Origin: Candidatus Hebobacterum abditum
GTDB taxonomy: Bacteria; Armatimonadota; Hebobacteria; Hebobacterales; Hebobacteraceae
DNA: 64,000 bases
Assembly: GCA_029821875.1 (NCBI GenBank)
Contig: JALGXW010000001.1
Location: forward strand, 161,987-225,986
Reading direction: 5' to 3'
Shown here: piece by piece, positions 20,394-29,832 of the stretch
Position numbering within the stretch: the first letter of the stretch is position 1
Layout of the letters: every line of letters starts with the position of its first letter
Made by a program: the position numbers and the translations under genes
Notes under the pieces: model-generated
The model's database searches: none
What the model was told of the DNA's origin: nothing
What the model saw: only the letters and a program-made list of their open reading frames with translations

Positions 20394-21866
20394 ATGGGCC
20401 GCGCATCTGACGGCAACTCCAGATCTCTGCTGATACTGGCGGCGGCCCTTGCCACCGTTGGCCTGGGAATCGCGCTGGTGTTGGGATGGGAGCCAGGCCT
20501 GCGGGGGGAGTGGGTCTGGCGCCGGAATGCGCTTCCCGCGCGCCTCTGGGCTCCACTCGGGATCGGTCTGGCGCTTGTGCTGCTCTCAGCGGCGCTCTGC
20601 TGCGGCCGCCGGTGGGAGGCGGGGCGCCCCTTCCATCGCGCCGCCTGGATGGCCGCACTGATTCTCCTCGTCTTCGCGTTCCAGGTCAGTCTCCTCAACG
20701 CAGTGGGGCCGGCCTGGGTCACTCCTGGCGCGTACATCCTCAGCCCGAACGCCACGACCTACTTCGGCGTGTCGCTCGAGGTCAGCAACGCCGCCGAGTG
20801 GGTCGCCGACTACGCGGCGGCCCTCCCCGCGCTTCCCTACCACGCGGCCACCCATCCACCCGGGTTCGTGCTCTTCTTTCTCGCCATTCGTCGGGCGACT
20901 GCCGCCGTCATTGGCCCTCCTTCGCCGCAACTCGCCGAGCTTGCCCAGAGCTACTCCGATCTCTTTGGGCTCGGGCTGGCTCCTGCCGACGCCGCCGCGG
21001 CGGTCGTGAGTGCACTTGCCATCGCCCTGATAGGCGCGCTGGGACTCCTACCGTTGTACTTCCTGTCCTGTCGCCTCGCCGGCCCCAGGATGGCCATATG
21101 TGCGGCCTGCCTGGCCGGCAGCATGCCGGGCCTTCTCCTGCTTAGTGCATCTCCTGATCTGGTGGTGTGCACGCTCGCGATTGCGACGCTCTCCACCGCG
21201 TATGCCGCCTGGCGCGGCAAGACCATCTGGATTGGGTTGCTCGCCGGCGCGCTTGCAGGTATCGGGCTGTTCTTCAGCCTGGCCTTCGGGCTGGTCGTGG
21301 CGTGGCTTGTCATGTGGGCCTTCGTGGGTGTGTGTCGCGCAGCTCACGCCGGGCGGTACTTCAGGCGGGTACTGCTGTGGGGGATGGCCGCCGCGGCCGG
21401 GCTCGTCATCCTCTATCTGGGGCTCGCCGTGCTCCTTGGGTATCGACCAATCGAGGTCGCCAAGCAGGCCCTGTCCATGCACCGGACGATCGCCGCCACG
21501 GAGTCCGTCCGGACGTACTGGAAGTGGGTGCTGCTGAACCCACTCGAATGCGCGATCTTCGCCGGCCTGCCCCTCACCGTGGCTGCGCTCTGGTCGTGGC
21601 GCGCCCTGGGCGACGAGAGACTGGCGAGGCTCAGGACATTCGTCGTGAGCTGGCTCGCGATACTCGTTCTGCTCGATCTGTCAGGCACGGTGCGCGGGGA
21701 GGTAGGCCGCATCTGGTTGTTTCTGCTCTGGCCGGCGTCCCTGGCCACCGCCGCCTGGTCCACCAGTCGGGCGGGCCGCGAGTACGTCGTGCCTCTGCTC
21801 GTGTTGCTGCAGGTAGTTCAGGCCCTTCTCATGAAGGGCTATCTCACCGTGTACAGCATCCTATGA
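20394..21866 (+). CDS. polytopic membrane protein, putative GT-C fold glycosyltransferase (GT39-like HPPG motif)
   Basis: 490 aa, more than 10 TM helices, a YHAATHPPGFVLFF segment resembling the HPPL(G)K signature of PMT_2/ArnT-like enzymes. Confidence 0.45.
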   Translation: MGRASDGNSRSLLILAAALATVGLGIALVLGWEPGLRGEWVWRRNALPARLWAPLGIGLALVLLSAALCCGRRWEAGRPFHRAAWMAALILLVFAFQVSLLNAVGPAWVTPGAYILSPNATTYFGVSLEVSNAAEWVADYAAALPALPYHAATHPPGFVLFFLAIRRATAAVIGPPSPQLAELAQSYSDLFGLGLAPADAAAAVVSALAIALIGALGLLPLYFLSCRLAGPRMAICAACLAGSMPGLLLLSASPDLVVCTLAIATLSTAYAAWRGKTIWIGLLAGALAGIGLFFSLAFGLVVAWLVMWAFVGVCRAAHAGRYFRRVLLWGMAAAAGLVILYLGLAVLLGYRPIEVAKQALSMHRTIAATESVRTYWKWVLLNPLECAIFAGLPLTVAALWSWRALGDERLARLRTFVVSWLAILVLLDLSGTVRGEVGRIWLFLLWPASLATAAWSTSRAGREYVVPLLVLLQVVQALLMKGYLTVYSIL

Positions 21867-24250
21867 AGGTCCCGAGCAAGAAACTGGATCGCACCTCTTG
21901 GTGGCCGGTGCTGTTGATCGTCGGCTCGGCCTGCGCGTTCTGTTGGCCGGTGTTCGCCGGGCGCGTGATGCTGCCAGCCGACATGTGTCTGCTCATGCTG
22001 CCGTGGAACGAGTTGAGATCACAGTTCCCCGAGTTCTACCGGCCGCACAATCCGATGTTCGATCCGATACAGCAGTATCTCCCCTGGCGGATCTATGCGG
22101 TCGAGTCGCTCAGGGCCGGCTTCATCCCGCTGTGGAATCCCTACGCATTCTGCGGAACGCCGTTTCTCGCCAACCTGCAGTCCACAGTTCTCTACCCCCT
22201 GAACCTGCTGTTCTTGCTTGTCGGCGCTCGGCACGGCTTCGGCGTCTCCGCCATCATCCATCTGAGCCTTGGTGGGCTCTTCATGTACGCCTTCCTACGC
22301 ACACTGGGGCTGAATCCCGCGGCGTCGCTCGTGGGCGCGCTGGTGCTGATGTTCAACGGATTCACAGTGGCGTGGCTCGAGTTCCCGACGCTTTCGCTCT
22401 GGGTCTTCATGTGGCTGCCGGGCCTTCTGCTGTGCTACGAGCGCGCGCTCCGCGCCCCTCGATCCATCTGGCCGGCGCTCTGCGCCGCCGTCGTCGGCGT
22501 GCAATTCCTCGGGGGGCACTTACAGGTGTCCACGTATGTCATGCTCGCGTTCCTGCTCTACGCGCTCGTGCGGGTCGCTGGCGGCAAGGAGAGCGTGGGG
22601 TACAGGGCCGTTGCTGGCGGACTCGCCATCGGCACAGTGGTGGTCGGGCTGGCCTTCGCGGCCGCTCAGGTGCTCCCGACGCTCGAGCTGGCGGAGCACA
22701 GCGGGCGCGTGACGGCCGAATCCGGCGCCGCGGTTGGCACGGCCTTCCCCCTCACGCATCTGGTCCTCTATCTCGTCCCCAACTTCTTCGGGAATCCGGT
22801 GAACTACAACTACTGGGGCGACTATCAGAATCCCGGCGTCATCAACTTCTTTGAGACAGCATGCTATGTCGGTGTGCTCCCGCTGTTCCTGGGCGCTTGG
22901 TCTCTGCGGCTCTGGCGGCGCCGTGAGGTCGTGTTCTTCGGCGCGCTGACACTGCTGGCCGTGCTGGTGGCCATCGGGTCGCCGGTCTACCTGCTGCTGC
23001 ACAAGGCAGTGCCCGGGTTCCGCGAGCTGGCCGGGCTGGGACGCGTGCTCTGCCTGGCCGCCTTCGGCCTTGCCGGTCTCGCCGCCGTTGGCCTCAACGA
23101 TCTCCTCGGCGACAGACTGCCCAAGCGATCCAGCCAATATGTCATCGCTCCCATGCTAGGGCTCGTCTGGATGACGGTCGCCTACTACGAGTATCAGCCG
23201 CTCCGCAACCTCCTCGACGCGACTCTGCGCTTCAACGCGTACCTGGTCTGGCAGATCGTAATCGCGGCTGCGTTGGTGGTCTTTTCCGGCCTTCTTGTCG
23301 GGCTCCGTGTGCGTGCTCGTCTCCCCACAGGCGCCGTCGGCGCGGTGGCCTGCTTGCTGCTCCTTGCCGATCTCTTCCTCTTCGGCCTCGGCTTCAACCC
23401 ATTCACCGATGCCCGAATGGCCTACCCCACGACCGATTCAACGCGCTGGCTCGAGAGTCACATCGAGCACTCGCGGATGGTCTCCCTCGCCTCCGATAGG
23501 CTCGACTGGATGGCCCATAACAGCCCGGTGATCTTTGGGCTGAGGGATATCCATGGGTCGGACTCTCTCCGCGTCAGGCGGTCGTTCGAACTGGTCTCAG
23601 GGGAAGATCTGGACCAGGCTCGCTATCCCCCGTCCGATTCGCCGCTGCTGGATGCGCTGGGCGTCCGCTACCTCATGACCCGCCAACGAGTTGAGGACGG
23701 CTGGATGCTGGCCTATCCGGGACAGAGCCCGATCTACGAGAACACGGAGGCTGTCCCCAGGGCTCGCCTCGTCCACGACTTCCGGACCGGGACCGATGCC
23801 GAAGGCATGGCCGCCCTGCAAGAGGGCGGCCGACGCGCTCGGAAGGCGATCTTGCACCCGGACGGAACGGGCCCTGAGCTGGCTCGCCGGAGCAGTCCGG
23901 CGCTGGGGGATCCCGCGGCGAAGGTGAGCTTCGTGCGCGACGCGCCAAATGAGATCGTCATCGAGACGGAGAGCGCGGCTCCGGCGCTGCTCGTCCTTAG
24001 CGACTCATACTACCCAGGCTGGCGCGCCTGGGTCTACGAGACACCGGCGACCATTGTCCGCGCCAACTACGCATTCCGAGGGATCGCAGTGCCGGCAGGG
24101 CGACAGCGCGTGACACTCCGCTATGAGCCCACAAGCTTCCGCCTGGGACTGTACATCTCGCTGCTTGCCGTCTCGCTGCTGTCGGCCTGGGCGATGGCAG
24201 CCTACCTAGCCGCGCCGGCAAGGACATCAGAGACGGCCGCGCGGTCGTAG
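21863..24250 (+). CDS. YfhO-family GT-C fold membrane glycosyltransferase, paralogue 2
   Basis: ATG overlaps the previous stop (ATGA). N-terminus MKVPSKKLDRTSWWPVLLIV... and PLWNPYAFCGTPFLANLQSTVLYPLN. C-terminal region (SDSYYPGWRAW...LRYEPTSFRLGLYISLL) is parallel to paralogue 1. Confidence 0.75.
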   Translation: MKVPSKKLDRTSWWPVLLIVGSACAFCWPVFAGRVMLPADMCLLMLPWNELRSQFPEFYRPHNPMFDPIQQYLPWRIYAVESLRAGFIPLWNPYAFCGTPFLANLQSTVLYPLNLLFLLVGARHGFGVSAIIHLSLGGLFMYAFLRTLGLNPAASLVGALVLMFNGFTVAWLEFPTLSLWVFMWLPGLLLCYERALRAPRSIWPALCAAVVGVQFLGGHLQVSTYVMLAFLLYALVRVAGGKESVGYRAVAGGLAIGTVVVGLAFAAAQVLPTLELAEHSGRVTAESGAAVGTAFPLTHLVLYLVPNFFGNPVNYNYWGDYQNPGVINFFETACYVGVLPLFLGAWSLRLWRRREVVFFGALTLLAVLVAIGSPVYLLLHKAVPGFRELAGLGRVLCLAAFGLAGLAAVGLNDLLGDRLPKRSSQYVIAPMLGLVWMTVAYYEYQPLRNLLDATLRFNAYLVWQIVIAAALVVFSGLLVGLRVRARLPTGAVGAVACLLLLADLFLFGLGFNPFTDARMAYPTTDSTRWLESHIEHSRMVSLASDRLDWMAHNSPVIFGLRDIHGSDSLRVRRSFELVSGEDLDQARYPPSDSPLLDALGVRYLMTRQRVEDGWMLAYPGQSPIYENTEAVPRARLVHDFRTGTDAEGMAALQEGGRRARKAILHPDGTGPELARRSSPALGDPAAKVSFVRDAPNEIVIETESAAPALLVLSDSYYPGWRAWVYETPATIVRANYAFRGIAVPAGRQRVTLRYEPTSFRLGLYISLLAVSLLSAWAMAAYLAAPARTSETAARS

Positions 24251-25833
24251 GCGAGCAGCACGGGAGTCTCCCCCACGGTGACCTCCCAGACCGGCTCTTC
24301 CTCGCTTACGAGTGACCAGGCCAGTTGAGTGTAGTCGCTCTGCATGGCCTGGAACATCACGTAGTCGGCGGTCCGCGCGTCGGTTTCTTCCCCGGTGAAC
24401 TCGACGTCCGGCCGGAGGCTCCCGGCCTGCTGCTGGAACTCGAGAAGGTAGATGACGCCCGTCGGGATCAACAGCACGCGGGAGGAGGGCTTCTCCACCT
24501 GGTTGAGGAAGAGCGGCGCCTCCTGGAACACCTGCCCCCAGTAGATGGTCTCGAATCCCCGTTGTCTCGCACCTTCGGGCCCTCCCACGAGGATGTTGTA
24601 GTAGGCGAGCTGGTAGGGGTGGGTGCGGGCGATCCCGCTGAGGCTCGGCAGCAGCAGAGCGCCCCCGAGGATCACTGCAACCGCGACCGAGAGGAGCGCG
24701 CCATGGGCCTGCCGGCGGCGAACCGGCCTGGTGAGCTGCGCCTGGAGCCACGCGAACCCCCCTCCGGCCAGCGCGGCCAAGAACGGGAACGCGGGCAAGA
24801 ACAGGCGAACGCCGTTGTACTTCGGGCTGGTCGGCAGTGCGCTGGGGAGCAGTGACAGGGCCAGGCCCAACAGGATCAGGACCCGTTCCGGATCCCTCTT
24901 CCGGCGCGCCCATGCCCGCTGTGCTCCCAGCAGCGACAGCAGCAGGATGAGCGTGGGGGTCGTCACCGCGGTGAGCACGAACGGGTAGTGCCAGGGCGCG
25001 TACTCGTGGAGCTGGCCGAGATACCACACGTTGTAGGCCGCATGCCGGAAGTGGAACGCGAGGTACTCCCTCAGGTGGTCCCCGAACCCAATCCAAAGCC
25101 ACGGCCATCCGAGCACGAACACCGCCGGGCCGATGAGCAAGAGCAGCACCACTAGCTTGAGCCAGCGCTGCTGGTAGAACAAGAGCCCCCAGGCGAGCAG
25201 AAGGACGGGGAGGAAGAACGCGTTAAGTTTCGACATGAGCGCGAGGCCGAATGCCACTCCCGCGAGGACGGTCCAGCGCCAGGAGTTCCTGCGAACGGCC
25301 TCCGCCGCAAGCGCGGCCGTGATGAAGAACCAGGCCGTGATCGGCATATCGAGCGCAATGAAATGCGCGTGAGCGACGACCCGCGGCAGCAGCGCGAAGG
25401 CCAGCGCGCCGAAGAGCGCTCCTCGCCGCCCCCAGATTCCCCGGGTGAACAGGTAGATCGCGCAGGCCGTGAGCGCAAACCAGAGCGCGCTCGGCAGCCG
25501 GATCGCCGCCAAGCCCGGCAGGTACTGGCCAAACCACCGCTCGGAGAAGCCGGAGGCACACTTCTGGAGCGGGGGATGTTCGTGGTTGAGACGCCAGGTC
25601 GAATGGATCTCATCCCGACCGAAGGCCTGGAAGTCCCCGTGGAAGACGCGCGCCCACCAGTCGGCATAGCGGATACCCGCTGAGGCATAGTGCGGCTCGT
25701 CATAGGTGGGGCCGTAGTGGGTTGCCGTCACGACCGTGACATAGAACGTGCCGATGAAGAGCAGGGCGATGAGTGCCCATTCCAGGGGCCCGAGCCTGGG
25801 ACGGTCTACTGGCGGATCTTTCTGAGCTTCCAT
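24202..25833 (-). CDS. GT39/PMT_2-family (ArnT/PMT-like) GT-C membrane glycosyltransferase
   Basis: Start at the MEAQKDPP methionine (ATG 25831-25833). YDEPHY acidic loop and the LNHEHPPLQK signature typical of PMT_2/ArnT-type enzymes; many TM helices. Its 3' end overlaps the convergent YfhO-2 by 49 nt. Confidence 0.7.
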   Translation of the reverse strand: MEAQKDPPVDRPRLGPLEWALIALLFIGTFYVTVVTATHYGPTYDEPHYASAGIRYADWWARVFHGDFQAFGRDEIHSTWRLNHEHPPLQKCASGFSERWFGQYLPGLAAIRLPSALWFALTACAIYLFTRGIWGRRGALFGALAFALLPRVVAHAHFIALDMPITAWFFITAALAAEAVRRNSWRWTVLAGVAFGLALMSKLNAFFLPVLLLAWGLLFYQQRWLKLVVLLLLIGPAVFVLGWPWLWIGFGDHLREYLAFHFRHAAYNVWYLGQLHEYAPWHYPFVLTAVTTPTLILLLSLLGAQRAWARRKRDPERVLILLGLALSLLPSALPTSPKYNGVRLFLPAFPFLAALAGGGFAWLQAQLTRPVRRRQAHGALLSVAVAVILGGALLLPSLSGIARTHPYQLAYYNILVGGPEGARQRGFETIYWGQVFQEAPLFLNQVEKPSSRVLLIPTGVIYLLEFQQQAGSLRPDVEFTGEETDARTADYVMFQAMQSDYTQLAWSLVSEEEPVWEVTVGETPVLLAYDRAAVSDVLAGAAR

Positions 25834-26555
25834 GGCAGAACCAGCGCCTCGGCCACAATCGAGCCGGACATCTTCGACTTGCCGGCCCTTCTCTCCGTGA
25901 AGCAAATGGGCACTTCCACAACGCGGCAGTCGGCCGCCGCGGCGCGGACGGCCATCTCGATCTGGAAACCGTAGCCGCGCGTCCTCACGGCGTCACGGTC
26001 GATGGCCTCGAGTGCGCGGCGGCGCCACATCCGAAACCCGGCCGTCAGGTCCCGGACGCGCGCGCCGAGCACTGCCCGGACATACGTATTGCCCCACGTG
26101 CTGAGCAATCGCCGTCGGAGACCCCATCCCTCGGTGCGCCCGCCTGGCACATACCGAGAGCCGATGGCCAGTTCGGCCTCGCCGAGTGCCTCGAGCAGGC
26201 GGGGAAGGTCCGACGGATCGTGAGAGAAGTCCGAGTCGATCTGGCCCACGAAGTGAACGTCCGGCCGCCGGAGCGCCTCCCCAAAGGCGGCGAGGTAGGC
26301 CGGACCGAGGCCCTCCTTCCGCTCTCGGTGCAGCACAGATACGCGTGGTTGCTCACGCGCGATATCGTCCGCCAACTCGCCCGTGCGGTCGGGAGAGTTG
26401 TCGTCAACCACCAGCAGTCGCCAGCCTCCAGACAGAGCTAGCACGGCCTCAACAAGAGCCGGCAGCGTCTCCCGCTCGTCGTACGTTGGCACCACGACGA
26501 GAGCCTTCCCGGGGTCCGGCCTCGGCGACTCCTCGGTTGATAGCGGTCCTGACAA
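25806..26555 (-). CDS. GT2 polyprenyl-phosphate sugar synthase (DPM1/Ppm1/GtrB/ArnC-like)
   Basis: 249 aa; ALVVVPTYDERETL, LLVVDDNSPDRT and DSDFSHDP motifs of dolichyl/polyprenyl-phosphate mannose or glucose synthases. TTG start preceded by GAGGAG. Confidence 0.8.
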   Translation of the reverse strand: MSGPLSTEESPRPDPGKALVVVPTYDERETLPALVEAVLALSGGWRLLVVDDNSPDRTGELADDIAREQPRVSVLHRERKEGLGPAYLAAFGEALRRPDVHFVGQIDSDFSHDPSDLPRLLEALGEAELAIGSRYVPGGRTEGWGLRRRLLSTWGNTYVRAVLGARVRDLTAGFRMWRRRALEAIDRDAVRTRGYGFQIEMAVRAAAADCRVVEVPICFTERRAGKSKMSGSIVAEALVLPWKLRKIRQ

Positions 26556-26575
26556 AAGCCAACTCCTCTGCTACA

Positions 26576-27619
26576 ATGGCTCAGCCTCTAATGCGGATAC
26601 TATCCATCGCTCCGAGTTTCCATCCCGCCATCGGCGGCGTCGAAACACACGTGCGCCGCGTCTCCGAATGCCTCGTCGACAAGGGCCATGAGGTGACCGT
26701 GCTCACCCACGCCGATGCAGCCTCAGAAGAGACGCTTGCAGGGGTCCGCGTGCGCCGGCTCCCACGAACCGGTTGGCTGAGAGCGTGGAGAGCGGCCCGC
26801 CCCCACATCGCCTCCGCTGATATTGTACACTGCCACGACGCCTACAGCTTCCTCCATTTCTACCTACCATCCTGCTGGTTGCCTCCCCGCCGCCCGGTCT
26901 TCGCCACTTTCCATGGCTACGAGCAGTACCCGATCCTAGGCGAGGCCATCCGCCGCCGGCGCTTCGTCCGGCGGCGAGTCATCAACGCACTCTGCATGGG
27001 GGAGTTCATCTGTCGGTGGTACGAGACGTCGTGCTTCGCGGTGTCATACGGCGGAACAGACCCCGTGGCCGTCCCTCCGTCGCTTCCAGAGCAACCGTCG
27101 GCCGTCTTCATCGGGCGCCTTGCCGAGGACACGTCGCTCATGCTGTACTTGGACGCGCTCGCCATCCTGCGCCACGACTATGGAAGAAACCTTAAGCTCG
27201 CCGTGGTCGGGGAGGGCCCGTTGCGATCGGTGGCAGAGAAGTTCGCGGAAGCTCAAGGCCTGCGCGTAAGGTTCCTGGGCGCGGTGGCCGACCCAGGTCC
27301 CTTGCTCGACGCGGCGAGTTTCGCCTTCGTCTCGGGCTATCTCGGGATCTGGCAGGCCTTGGCTCGGCGGCGTCTCGTCTTCGGCGTCTACGAGAACGAG
27401 CTGAAACGCGACTACGTCGCCTGCTTCCCGGAGGCCGAGAAGGTACTGGTGATCTCCGACAGCGCCGCTGATCTTGCGGCTGTCTTGAACCGCCACGTGG
27501 GCGCGCCCGCCGCTGGCGAGGCAATGCGCGAGCGAGGCGCGCAGCTGGCCGCCGAGAATACGTGGGAGAAGGTCGCGCAGTTGTACCTCGCGATGTACCG
27601 CGCGCACGGCTTCGCCTGA
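26576..27619 (+). CDS. GT4-family glycosyltransferase
   Basis: MRILSIAPSFHPAIGGVETHV N-terminus (GT-B N-domain) and a C-terminal Glycos_transf_1-like region. Start uncertain (ATG 26576 or 26591); the listed ORF start 26186 would overlap the divergent GT2 gene. Confidence 0.75.
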   Translation: MAQPLMRILSIAPSFHPAIGGVETHVRRVSECLVDKGHEVTVLTHADAASEETLAGVRVRRLPRTGWLRAWRAARPHIASADIVHCHDAYSFLHFYLPSCWLPPRRPVFATFHGYEQYPILGEAIRRRRFVRRRVINALCMGEFICRWYETSCFAVSYGGTDPVAVPPSLPEQPSAVFIGRLAEDTSLMLYLDALAILRHDYGRNLKLAVVGEGPLRSVAEKFAEAQGLRVRFLGAVADPGPLLDAASFAFVSGYLGIWQALARRRLVFGVYENELKRDYVACFPEAEKVLVISDSAADLAAVLNRHVGAPAAGEAMRERGAQLAAENTWEKVAQLYLAMYRAHGFA

Positions 27620-27620
27620 C

Positions 27621-29726
27621 ATGCCCAGGTGCACCGTCTCGCTCATCACAACCGTCCTCGACGAGGAGGGGAGCATCGAGCCCCTGCTCCAGTCGCTGGC
27701 CGATCAGCGCAGGCAGCCCGACGAAATCATCATCTGTGATGCCGGGTCCACGGACAGCACGGCTAACATCATCCGGCAGTGGATCGTCGACGGCTTCCCC
27801 GCGCGGCTGATCGTCGAGCAGGGCGCGAACCGCTCCAAGGGCCGGAACCGGGCCATTGAGAAGGCGACCGGCGAAGTCGTTGCCAGCATCGACGGGGGAT
27901 GTGTTGCCGGCAGGGACTGGCTCGCGAACCTGATCGCTCCCTTTGATTCAGATGACCCACCCGACGTCGTCGCCGGCTACTACGAGCCCGACACCGACAC
28001 GCAAATGGAGGACGCAATCGCCGTCGCTACCGTGCCGGCATCGGCCGAGGTTGACCCCGAAACCTTCCTGCCGTCGGGTCGCTCTGTCGCCTTCCGGCGG
28101 GATGCCTGGCGGCGCGTCGGCGGCTACCCCGAGTATGTCGATTACGCCGAAGACACGGACTTCGGCGTCCGGCTCAAGGCAGTGGGCTGCAAGTTCGACT
28201 TCGCGCCTGACGCTGTCGTCCACTGGCGCATGCAGACCGATCTGCTGCGGGTGTTCCGGCAGTTCTTCCGCTACGCCCGGAGTGACGGCCAACTCGGGCA
28301 CTGGTTCGTCCACTACCGAAAGGCCTATCTTGGATTCCTTCTCGCCTTCTTGCTGGCATTGCTCACCGAGACCGGCTCCGCGTGGGCGCCGTTTGTGCTG
28401 GTGGGACTGCTCGCCGCCCACTGGGTGCGCTACACGACACGCGCCCGGCATCGAGGCGCGGAATGGCTTGCCGCGCTTGTGTCTCCGGGTGTTTCGCTGA
28501 CAGTGGATGCCGCGCACCTCGTCGGCTATTCCCGCGGTTTCCTCCGCCATCGGCCTGCTCCGCCCCGGCTGCCGGCCGATCGGCCGCTGTCAGTCGCCCA
28601 GGTGACCTATACCTATCGCCCGCTCTCAGGCGGGGCCGACGTCTATGTTTCCCAGCTCGCGGAGATGATCACAGCGGCCGGACACGAGCACCGCGTCTAC
28701 CAGCGACAATCCGAAACCGACGCGGCCGACGTGACCTTCGTGCCCAATCCCTGGCATGGTGCGCCGCTCGAGTTCTGGACCCAGGCGCTGGCGCTGTTTC
28801 GCCTTCGCAAGGAGCTGCTCGCGCACGACGTGGTGATCTGCCACTACCCGCACTACTTGCTCGCGCTGGACCTCATGAGCTTCTTCGCGAGGCGGCCTCT
28901 ACGTGTGGCGGTCTCCCACGGGGTCTTCTGGGATGACGCGCCGGGTTCGCCGAAGAGCTTCGTCAAGGCGTGGCTCACGAAGATCGCATTCCGTCGAGCT
29001 CACCTCTACATCGCCAATGATTCTCACTTCCTTCGCGCCATGGGAATGGAGATCGAGCCCCGCCAGGCCATGAACTCGCTGATTGCGCCGGGCGTGTGGT
29101 TCGTCCCCAACGGTGTGGATGCTGAGAAGTTCCGGCCCGCCCAGCCGGCACACAAGTTGCGCGAATGGAACGCAATCCTCGTGCCCCGGAATCTCTTCCG
29201 CAACCGCGGCATTCACCTCGCCATCGAGGCCTTCGCTCAGTTCCATCCCCTGCATCCGGAGACGATCCTGTTCATCGTCGGCGGCGGAGGTCAGCGGGAG
29301 TATGTGGCGGCCCTGAAGCGGGAGGTCGAGGAGCGCGGCCTCCGCCGGTGTGTCGTCTTCTATGGGCCAGTGCCCCGCGACGAGCTGCCTGCGATCTACT
29401 CGAGCGCCGAGATGACACTCATCCCATCCATATGTGGCGAGGGCACGTCTCTCGGCGCACTGGAGAGCATGGCCTGTGGCACGGCCACCATCTGCACCTA
29501 TGTCGCCGGCCTCCGCGACCTCCCCGGGCCGCACTGTCTGCCGATGGTCGCCGGCCTGGTCGAGACGATGGAGGCCGTGTATCCGAACCGGAAGCAGGTA
29601 GGGGAGGAGCAGCGGGAGATCGTCTCCGAGGTCTACTCTATCGAGAGGTGGCGCGCGGCGTGGCGCGGTGCGCTGGCCGCGTGCGGGGTAAGGGAAGGAC
29701 CCGAGCAGGACCCGGCCAGCGGCTGA
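27621..29726 (+). CDS. bifunctional glycosyltransferase: N-terminal GT2 domain fused to a C-terminal GT4 (GT-B) domain
   Basis: 701 aa; N-terminal SLITTVLDEEG...ICDAGSTDST...DGGC GT2-like region, a central TM/hydrophobic segment, and a C-terminal GT4 region (EGTSLGALESMACG). Confidence 0.75.
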   Translation: MPRCTVSLITTVLDEEGSIEPLLQSLADQRRQPDEIIICDAGSTDSTANIIRQWIVDGFPARLIVEQGANRSKGRNRAIEKATGEVVASIDGGCVAGRDWLANLIAPFDSDDPPDVVAGYYEPDTDTQMEDAIAVATVPASAEVDPETFLPSGRSVAFRRDAWRRVGGYPEYVDYAEDTDFGVRLKAVGCKFDFAPDAVVHWRMQTDLLRVFRQFFRYARSDGQLGHWFVHYRKAYLGFLLAFLLALLTETGSAWAPFVLVGLLAAHWVRYTTRARHRGAEWLAALVSPGVSLTVDAAHLVGYSRGFLRHRPAPPRLPADRPLSVAQVTYTYRPLSGGADVYVSQLAEMITAAGHEHRVYQRQSETDAADVTFVPNPWHGAPLEFWTQALALFRLRKELLAHDVVICHYPHYLLALDLMSFFARRPLRVAVSHGVFWDDAPGSPKSFVKAWLTKIAFRRAHLYIANDSHFLRAMGMEIEPRQAMNSLIAPGVWFVPNGVDAEKFRPAQPAHKLREWNAILVPRNLFRNRGIHLAIEAFAQFHPLHPETILFIVGGGGQREYVAALKREVEERGLRRCVVFYGPVPRDELPAIYSSAEMTLIPSICGEGTSLGALESMACGTATICTYVAGLRDLPGPHCLPMVAGLVETMEAVYPNRKQVGEEQREIVSEVYSIERWRAAWRGALAACGVREGPEQDPASG

Positions 29727-29776
29727 TGCCACTTCCGATATCGGTGCTCTGAAGTAGGCGGCGGCCGAAGACCGAA

Positions 29777-29803
29777 GCGCCCCCGCGTGACGCGCGGGAG
29801 CGC
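29777..29803. terminator. GC-rich hairpin between convergent genes (possible bidirectional terminator)
   Basis: GCGCCCCCGCG / CGCGGGAGCGC stem, 11 bp with one mismatch, 5-nt loop. Only weak U-tracts on either strand. Confidence 0.3.
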
Positions 29804-29832
29804 CTCTCTCGAACCCCTCTGCGCTTCTTTCG

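Noticed and set aside
26186-26575. Listed 477-aa ORF start for the GT4 gene at 26186
   Set aside because: It would overlap the divergent GT2 polyprenyl-phosphate-sugar synthase gene by 370 nt. The GT4 homology begins at MAQPLMRILSIAPSF (26576/26591).
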